A stretch of 64,000 bases of DNA, from positions 18,228,001 through 18,292,000 of the forward strand of contig OX597814.1 in the NCBI GenBank assembly GCA_951406725.2, read 5' to 3'. This document shows, one piece after another, positions 55,246 to 64,000 of the stretch (position 1 is its first letter; every line of letters starts with the position of its first letter). The notes beneath the pieces are model-generated. The model searched no databases. It saw only the letters and a program-made list of their open reading frames with translations, and was not told the DNA's origin. The stretch comes from Octopus vulgaris (lineage: Eukaryota). The translations under genes and the position numbers were made by a program.

Positions 55246-57371
55246 AATATTGAGTATTATTTACCGTGTCTTCTTCTAGGTACACAGTTCGTGTCCATAA
55301 AGAGAGAATCATAAGTAGACCCGTATTATTTTTGCATCTGCATTTCTTTCTCGTTTATGAATTATCTGAAGTGCTTCAGTTCCAGGGCATTAGTAGAATT
55401 ACTAGTAAACGATCAGGTATGCACTTGCTTTTTAGTAATTTTGTCTATGTCAGCTATTTTAATAGTGTTTTGTATATCAATGAAACTTATGGCTGCAACT
55501 TTTTCCTGCAAAGCTCTAATGTTGAAACATCGTATGTTCAGTTATTGAATGCCTAATAACACTGTGTTAAATATCATAATTTAAATATACTATTGAACTG
55601 CGAACAAAGAATCTTCAGCGAATGGTTAATTCCTTCAAACAAAGACTCTATATTAAGGCGCACAGAACGTATTACTTTCTCGAAACTTTCGGGTATTTGT
55701 GGTCAGCCCGTGTTTCTATATCGCCTTCTTTTCTTTCTTCGATATTGTATCATATTTTTCCGTATTTTAGAGTCCCCCTTTTAAATGATTCGTTTCTCTT
55801 TCAAATATTTACTTATTTAAATAATTTCAAACCATTTTCCATCATCCTATAACAATTTTATTTTCATTTCAGCACGCCTTAGTATATATCTTGCATTACT
55901 GAAACAGATTTTCTTTTCAGATTTATATCACGGTCATATTCATGGAAGTGGGACACGTCATTCAAAAATTAGACTCCATTGAGCCGTGTACTAATTCCGC
56001 TTTGCATTTTTTTCAGACATTCCTCCTATCATTAACGTTGATGTTTTTAAAGTGCTGGTTAAAACGCAGTGTATTCAAAACATTGTTATTGTTCAACATA
56101 ATACCATAATGTCTGATTGGACAGACATATTATCAAAGACATTCCAGCAGTTCCTAGTCCACCATTATTCCATATGTAGTCTACCTAGGACTACACTGCC
56201 TAATGTGTCCTTCTCCTTTTTAAAACCGTGGAGTGATATTTTACAGAGACTTAACTTCTGCACATGGTTCAACATCATATTGAATAAGATAACTGTGATT
56301 TCAGAGCTCTACTATTCATTATAAAAAGAAACATGAGTAGCAATGCAGTATTAGCTATAATAAAGCACAACTCCTATTATCCTTGTCTGATTTACGACAG
56401 GCAGACATTTGTCGTTTTAGGAGACAGTATGTTCTTCTTTTCCGAAATGTGATTCCAAATTCTCTCGTTTTGTCTTTTTTATGAGACCGCTTTCGTATTG
56501 TATTCACTTTATTTTCTTTATATATTTATAATCTTCTATTACAAAAGTTTCTTTTTTACTTAAAATGTATTTTTACCTTAAGTAAATCCATTATTTATTT
56601 ATGTCCACATCATGTTGTAGTTTTATTTATTGAAGTTTATTTTTCTCACGTCCAAGAAACTTCATTCAAAGATGACTTTTGACTTAAATAAAATAAATTA
56701 CACAACACTTTCATTCTTTATTGTTTTTCCATACAATTCAAGAATTACTTACTCCACCCCTGTTTAAAGAAAATTAAGCATTGTTCTCTGCAATGTAAAA
56801 TTCGCTTTTGCTTATTTTAAAGAGTGCTTTATTTTTGTCCCTATTTTTGTTCTTATTGTCCTGGTGTTAGTATAATGGCTGTCCTTGTTGTTTTAGGTGA
56901 AGCTATCTTCCGCTAAAATATTCCGTTGCAGTTTATGTCATTGTTGCTGTTGTTACGACTCTTTAAATACATTTTAATGTTGTTTTAGCGGTTATTTATA
57001 TAATTTCATTTGTGGTTAAAGTGGATGGTTTTTGCAGTTAATATCAATGTTGTTTTGTTGTTGCTGTTGTTGTTTTACAAGTGGTTGCAGCTAAACTGCT
57101 GCTATCGTTGTTGTCTTGTTACTTGACGTTATTTGTCGATTTTCTTCGTTAGAAGATATCCACGAGGAGATATTTAAATTTATCTTCATAAGCATTAGCA
57201 ATGAAGGTTATGCTTAGGAATCATTTTTATCAAAATTTTTCCATTCTTTCGTTCTTTCTTTCCTTTTTTCTGTATTTCCTTCTTTCTTTCTCTCACTTTC
57301 TTTCTCTCTCTTTCACTATCTATCTTGTATCTATCTATATTTTTTTTTGTTTCTTTTGTTTTTTGTTTTTT

Positions 57372-57445
57372 CACCCCCCAAGAGAAAAGCTCTACCTTGT
57401 AACTTGTCCCATCTGTGTGCAGCCCTGTGGGGCCAATAAAGAAAC

Positions 57446-57501
<56 letters not shown>

Positions 57502-57582
57502 TTTTTTTTCTCCCCCAAAAGAAAAGCTCTACCTTGTAACTTGTCCCATCTGTGTGCAGCCCTGTGTGGCCAATAAAGAAAC

Positions 57583-57654
<72 letters not shown>

Positions 57655-57665
57655 TTACCTATCTA
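57372..57665 (+). repeat. Two tandem copies of a ~72-bp retroelement-like 3' end, each followed by (TATC)n
   Basis: gaaaagctctaccttgtaacttgtcccatctgtgtgcagccctgtg(g/t)ggccAATAAAgaaact at 57384-57446 and 57521-57583. Confidence 0.85.
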
Positions 57666-57881
57666 GTTCTTCCACTTTCTATTGCCTTCTTTTTCTATTT
57701 TTTCTCAAGAGCTTACACAAAATGTCACAAGTATGATCCATTTTTAAAAATATATTTCCAAAACTAATCTTCTTGGATCATCACATAAAACACAGCTCAC
57801 TATAGACTGAGCTCAGCAGACAAAATATAAAATTCTCAACGCGCTAGGCTAGAAATTAAGTAGTTTAATATATTTCAAATT

Positions 57882-57929
<48 letters not shown>

Positions 57930-58499
57930 CACACACACACACACATGGCGTGAAGCATAGAAAACAAATGAATTGTGGGAAAATTAAATGAAATGATTTT
58001 AAAGATATTTTCCTTTTTTCTCTCTGTCTCTGTCTCTATTTTTTACTCATGTGAGATCTTGGTAGCGGGTAGCAAGTAGTAGTAGTCCTAATATTTGATA
58101 TAAGTTCTTGGCTCTGATTGTTTAAGTAGCAATAGTAGCTGAGAAAGGAGGCGATGAAGAAGAAGAAGAAGAAGAAGAAGAAGAAGAAGAAGAAGAAGAA
58201 GAAGAAGAAGAAGAAGAAGAAGAAGAGAAAGAATAATAAAAATGCGAATAATAAAAATAATAAAAATGCGACAGTAGTTAGACGTTGGTGAATTCTTCTT
58301 AAATGGTCAAGTGACCTAAAAGTGACCAGTTGTGCTTGTAATAGTAGTGATTAGAAATGTTCTGAATAAATTCATAGGTAGTGACTGTTCTGAATATATC
58401 ATTTTTAATATTTACGTGGCTATTATTCTAAGGCCCTTGCAATAGTGTCATTTCTGGTGGACGCATTGTGGTGCACCTGAGCACTGTATACAATAATGT

Positions 58500-59720
58500 C
58501 ATTATTATTATGAAAGGGATTTATATTTTGCGATAAAATAAGACTCTTTGCAAATGCGCTGACTACAGGCTGCATCGTCCTTGAATTGATAGCGGGGAAA
58601 AATTCTGAAGCTGTGTTGTTTCTTAGTGGCGTAAATGCTGGTGTGTTCGCTGAATGCTATTTGTCTGTAACCCTAAATTTTGATCTGGGACTATGTAGAG
58701 CCATCTTTTAATGCAGACTGGGGTTTTTTGGCCTATGTATTGCTCTCGACAGCCAGAGCAAGTTAATAAATATATTAGGTTCTCCGAAGCACAGGTGAAG
58801 TAGTTTTTCACTGTAAAACGTTGACCCTGCTTGAAAGATTACTCCGATCCCTCAATTAGGTTGACGCATATACCGCAGTTAGGTCTTCCGCATGTTTTTT
58901 ACTGGCGGCTTCAGTGTTGTTGTCGAGCGTACACAAGCCCGAGTACGCTCGACAACAATTGGGATTGTACGACAATTACGACAACAATTGAGTACGACAA
59001 CACTTGAGCGTACTTGGGCTTATGTACACTCGACTTTTCATAGATTTTGACTGTCTCTTGCTTTTTATAATGGTGTGCGTTTTCAGGATTAAATTCATTC
59101 TGTGGTCCCTTTTTAGTAGGGGAATATTCTGGAGGATGGTGTCGAAGGCTTCATTGTTAAGGGGGTTGTGTGTGGAGATGTATGGTAGTGCTTTTGGTTG
59201 TAAATCCTTTTTTAATTTGGGATGCCTGAGTTCGTGGATGTTGAGTTGTAGGGTACGTTGAAAGCCTATATCAATTAGTGATAGTGGATAGTCCCTGGTA
59301 ATGAGTGTATCCTTCAGTTCATGTAGTCGTGTGTCTCTGGTGCTTCTATTAGAAACTATAGCAGAAATTCTTTTTGCTAGGTTGAAAGGGATATTCATTC
59401 TAGTGTGTCTGGTGTGGCATGAGTTGAACGGTAGATATTGCATAGAGTCCGTGGGCTTATAGTATATATATGTTTCTATTTTCTTAATGAGGATGTTGAG
59501 GAATGGAAGTTGTTGACGGCTATATACCATCGTAAATTGAATGTTTACGTCAAGTCCAGTTATAAGTGCTTGGAATTCTTTAAGTCTCTCTATACTTTCA
59601 TGCCAAAGAGGGAAATAGTCATCCAGATAATTCTTCCAGTTATTTTCACTGTTGAGAGGGAATGGGTTTCCGTAATTTTCTCGTACCTTACAATAAAGAC
59701 TAATTTTTAGATACATCTTG
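58500..59720 (-). mobile_element. Decayed Penelope-like element (RT C-terminal half and GIY-YIG endonuclease)
   Basis: YLDDYFPLW, QQLPFLNILI, YYKPTDSMQYLPFNSCH, IPFNLAKRI, LPYISTHNP, CGRPNCGIC, FTCASENLIYLLTCSGCREQYIGQ; frameshifted. Confidence 0.93.
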
Positions 59721-60059
59721 ACTAGGTTAGCGAAGAAGGAGCCATTCTCGTGATACTAAAAATTACCATTTCATCACTACGATGTGTATTAATTTAAATG
59801 TAATTTATTTAGGATTTTTAAAAAATTACAGGTGATGATATATCATTTCATATTCAACAGTCTAATATTGATTTCCAGTTACCCTTCTGATAAATTATAC
59901 ACGAAACTAGAAATTCTGAACGAATACGATACCTATACACCAAATATTTGCTTATAAGCAAATTCAATTTACAAGCCCTAAATGATATACAAACTATCCA
60001 ACAACCTTTCAAATTTTAAATAATTTGGAGTACAGTAAGGCGATGAGCTTGCAGAATCG

Positions 60060-60302
60060 TTGAAACGAGTGCGAGCAGGACGGTTTCGTCCTTCTTGGAC
60101 AGCATCTCGGACACGTCGGCCTCGTGTTTCTCGAGCCATTCCTATAAAGCTTATCCCGAACGGGTAGCGCTTCTCGATAGCACTGCCAGGCCAGGGGTCT
60201 CTGGAAGTTAGGTCCTAGCCCGAAAGTCGTCTTGATCTGGCGGGTCAGGTATACCTCGTCGACGCCGAGGTTCGCCCCAAGATCGGCGTCGTACCTCCTC
60301 TC
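60060..60302 (-). mobile_element. Tx1/L1-clade ORF2 fragment (zf-RVT region)
   Basis: FQRPLAWQCYREALPVRDKLYRNG..RPTCPRC, then after a frameshift DETVLLAL (CxxC..ETxxH motif). GC-rich; its upstream edge abuts a (TATC)n array. Confidence 0.78.
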
Positions 60303-60362
<60 letters not shown>

Positions 60363-60400
60363 AAGATAGAGAGATAGAGAGATAGATATAGTCTAATTAT

Positions 60401-60778
60401 ACTCTTTTACTTGTTTGAGTCATTTGACTGCGGCCATGCTGGTGCACTACTTTTGGTCGAGCAAATCGACCCCATGACTTATTCTTTGAATCGCCAAGTT
60501 ACAGGGACGTAAACACACCAGCATCGGTTGTCAAGCGATGTTGAGGGACAAACACAGGCACAAAAACATACACACACACATATACATATATATATATATA
60601 CATACATATATATATACGACGGGCTTCTTTCAGTTTCCGTCTACCAAATCCACTCACAAGGCTTTGGTCGGCCCGAGGCTATAATAAAAGGCACTTGCCC
60701 AATGTGCCACGCAGTGGGACTGTACCCGGAACCATGTGGTTGCTAAGCAAGCTACTAACCACACAGCCACTCCTACGC
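60401..60778 (-). mobile_element. SINE family B with internal deletion
   Basis: Reverse complement of family B. Confidence 0.9.
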
Positions 60779-61217
60779 TTCTTAGTATAAACTTACAAAA
60801 CACTAGCTGAAATCTGTTGATCTCCACAATTTGATTTTATTTCAAAATGATATAAACTAGCTGTACGAAGCTGCATTTCATTTTTTAAAAAATTATTATG
60901 GTGATGATTAATGTCCGTTTTGCTTTTTGTTTTTTCTGTTTCCATTTACAAAATTCGATTTGCTTGTTGCTATATTTTCTTCATTTCCGTATTTGTTGAC
61001 ACATCACACGCACACATACGTACACACACATACACACACGCACATATACATACACACGCGCGCATACACACACACACACACATCCATAGACACTGTATGA
61101 AGCAACAAAAACATTTTTGGTCGAGTGACAGCTTAGGATATCCCAACAGGAAACTCTTATTAGAGGTGACAGCAGCAATAGCGGCCATAGCAACAACAGC
61201 AGTAACACCAAAATTTA

Positions 61218-61248
<31 letters not shown>

Positions 61249-61415
61249 GGTGGTGGTGGTGGTGGTGGTGGTGGTGGTGGGTGGTTGGGGTAATTTTGTG
61301 TTGATATTGCTGAGGATTGTGGTAATGGTGACAGCTATGGCGGCCTTGTCTTAGTTATTTAGTATGGGTGGTGGGCGTAGTGAACAGAAAAGGAAGGAAA
61401 CGTCCGAAAGGTTTC

Positions 61416-63213
61416 CTCGAATGAAGCTTATAGAGTATCTAGTTTCCAAATGAGCGGATTATTGTGGTGTTGTTTCTGTATAAAATTTTGAGGATTTCGA
61501 TCCTGACTGACGCATCGTCCAAGTCTTGTTGACATTTCTATCATCATCATCATCATCATCATCATCATTACCACCACCACCACCAACACCACCACCAACA
61601 ACAACAACAACACCACCACCAACACCACCGACAAGACCAGAAAAGCAACAGCGTGAACTCTAACCCCGTCTCCTCCTCCCACTTTCCCTGTACCTCCACC
61701 TACTCTCTCTCTCTCTTAACATTTAATATTTCATTCTATCTTTCTAATTTTTTTTTTTCAGTAAAGAATGAAGCCGCATCTGAGATGATCTGGCGTGAAA
61801 CTACTAGTTGAAAGGTCCGCAGTTCGAATTGTGTCACCAGTATAAAATTGTGTCTATATCCAAGCAATATCCCTCTTATATGACCTTTTACAGTAGCATT
61901 TAATCGACAACAGCTTACAAGAGATTTAGGCGACAGCAATGGAGTTCAAAATGGAGGTTGTTTTGCTACAAAGAGTGACTATCTTTTCGTCAACTTATAA
62001 CGACACCATCTTATCAAAATGAAATAATGTAATTTTATGCTAATTTTATGCCTAAAATACAGACAGCATAGAACTGCTTGGAATGTTTCAGATCATAGAT
62101 TTACTTAGCCACAGACAGACCAGGTCTAAACAGTAGCAATAGCAACAAGAACATCAATAACGATGGATAAATTCTTAGTGGCCTATTGTAATTATAGTTC
62201 TTCTTTTCTCGTATGAGTTGCTACAAGGCAGTTGACCGCTATCAGCCATGAACTGCTTTTGGTATTCTTTAGTGCAAGGCGGCGAGCTGGCAGAGACGTT
62301 AGCACGCCGGGCGAAATGCGTAGCCGTATTTCGTCTGCCGTTACGTTGTGACTTCAAATTCCGTCGAGGTCGACTTTGCCTTTCATCCTTTCGGGGTCGA
62401 TAAATTAAGTACCAGTTACGCACTGGGGTCGATGTAATCGACTTAATCCGTTTGTCTGTCCTTGTCTGTCCCCTCTGTGTTTAGCCCCTTGTGGGTAGTA
62501 AAGAAATAGGTATTTCGTCTACCGCTACGTTCTGAGTTCAAATTCCCCCGAGGTCGACTTTACCTTTCATCCTTTCGGGGTCGATTAAATAAGTACCAGT
62601 TACGCACTGGGGTCGATATAATCGACTTAATCCGTTTGTCTGTCTTTGTTTCTCCCTTCTGTGTTTAGCCCCTTGTGGGTAGTAAAGAAATAAGTATTCT
62701 TTAGTGCATGAATTAATGAGTCTTAGAAAATCCTTTTCAATGGAAATTTTGAAATTTATCAGTACATCACTTTATTTCAAGAGAATACAACGTAGAATTT
62801 GTGATGTCAATATTACATTTTGTGAAAATTATCAAGTTTTATGAATATTGTAAAGGAAACCATTGCCACAATAGGGATGAAAATTTTCATGTACTTTCGA
62901 TCCATAAGAAGATAAAGAAAAGGAAAGAAAAAGGAAATACATAACTACCCTCCTGATTTATGTTATTCTAAGAAAGATCGATACATCATGATTTTAATAG
63001 TTTTAAAGTTGGTTTCTGTTTTATCATCTATCATGCATTTTATGAAAATTAGCGCTGATGGAACTTGATCTATGACTGTCATTTGTTACCTCGAATGAAG
63101 CTTATAGAGTATCTAGTTTCCAAATGAGCGGATTATTGTGGTGTTGCTTCTGTATAAAATTTTGAGGATTTCGATCCTGACTGACGCATCGTCCAAGTCT
63201 TGTTGACATTTCT

Positions 63214-63248
<35 letters not shown>

Positions 63249-63368
63249 TACCACCACCACCCTCATCACCACCAACACCACCACCAACAACAACAACACC
63301 ACCACCACCAACACCACCGACAAGACCAGAAAAGCAACAGCGTGAACTCTAACCCCGTCTCTTCCTCT
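61416..63368 (+). repeat. Near-identical direct duplication of ~260-280 bp (61416-61676 and 63089-63368)
   Basis: cctcgaatgaagcttatagagtatctag...(cat)n(cac/caa)n...gcgtgaactctaaccccgtctc present twice; differences mostly in the triplet tract. Confidence 0.93.
62277..62693 (+). mobile_element. SINE family C dimer with 15-bp TSD
   Basis: TSD gtattctttagtgca at 62262-62276 and 62694-62708; second unit starts ggtatttcgtct at 62509. Confidence 0.93.
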
Positions 63369-63436
63369 CACTGATGGCAAAAGCAGCAAAGGAATATCTG
63401 AGCAACTTAAATATGCTCAAATACACATAAACGTGT

Positions 63437-63640
63437 ACCTTAGTAGTTAGGGGTGTTCGGCTCACGATCGTCAGATCAGGGGTTTGGTTACTGGCTGCAC
63501 TTTGTGTGTTTGAGCAAAACACTTACTTCACGTTGCCCCATTCCATTCAACAGGCAAAAATGAGTAGTACTCGTATTTGAAAGGAACAACCTTTGTCACA
63601 TTCTATGTGTCACGCTGAATCTCCTTGAGAATTACGTAAG
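63437..63640 (+). mobile_element. Degenerate SINE with family D head and family A-type 3' half
   Basis: tagtagttaggggtg...ttgagcaaaacacttacttcacgttg...ggcaaaaatgagtagtac followed by gtatttgaaagg...tgtgtcacgctgaatctccttgagaattacg. Confidence 0.7.
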
Positions 63641-63923
63641 TGACTGAGTGCCACTTAGTTAAACGTACATGACGGATTTCTGATTTTGTAAGGAAGAGAT
63701 CATTGAATGAAATTTGGAAAAATTGTTCAATTTTGATATGAAAAATTGTCAGATTTTTCATATTTTGTTATTAATGAAAGGACATTATAAAAATATATTT
63801 TATAACGTGATTTTGTTATTAAATCATTATACCAGTTTATAAATAGGATAACTTCATATAAAATAGTCTTTTTCAATAGTCCATCTTCTGCCAAACTTCG
63901 CTCGTAAGACCTTGATAAAGTCA

Positions 63924-64000
63924 ACGTCTTTACGTTCTGAGTTCAAATTCCGCCGGGGTCGACTTTGCCTTTCATCCTTTCGGGGTCGATTAAATAAGTA
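63924..64000 (+). mobile_element. SINE family C, running off the window end
   Basis: acgttctgagttcaaattccgccggggtcgactttgcctttcatcctttcggggtcga. Confidence 0.88.

Noticed and set aside
55260-56330. Short ORFs and AG/GT sites as host exons
   Set aside because: No recognisable motif, frequent stops in all frames; splice-like sites are at background frequency.
58976-59716. 246-aa ORF as an intact gene or telomerase-like RT
   Set aside because: Truncated Penelope RT fragment lacking the N-terminal motifs and frameshifted from its GIY-YIG domain.

Overview
This is AT-rich, microsatellite-saturated eukaryotic non-coding DNA. The SINE complement resembles octopod (Octopus sp.) repeats; this is from recall, not a database match. 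No confidently identifiable host gene is present, and nearly all ORF-track entries are microsatellite or SINE read-throughs. One possible pair of host exons lies at 21.7/22.2 kb. The window holds four abundant tRNA-derived SINE families (called A-D here) and decayed non-LTR retrotransposons of several clades: CR1, Tx1/L1, R4/Dong-like, HERO-like and Penelope (GIY-YIG). It also holds an internally deleted mariner, a 560-bp element found only inside (AAT)n arrays, local duplications and at least six minimal hammerhead-ribozyme motifs of Penelope pseudo-LTR type. The most interesting object is at 18254-19305: a TSD-flanked element made of a tRNA-like Pol III head, an internal (AAT)n array and a 3' module carrying a hammerhead ribozyme. 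It is a candidate ribozyme-bearing, possibly Penelope-mobilised SINE. Other notable signals are a shared non-canonical CUGUUGA hammerhead core, concatemeric SINE insertions under single TSDs, SINE/LINE shared 3' tails, 2x2 head/tail shuffling among SINEs and apparent microsatellite-targeted retroelements. All family assignments come from motif recognition by eye; no searches were run.
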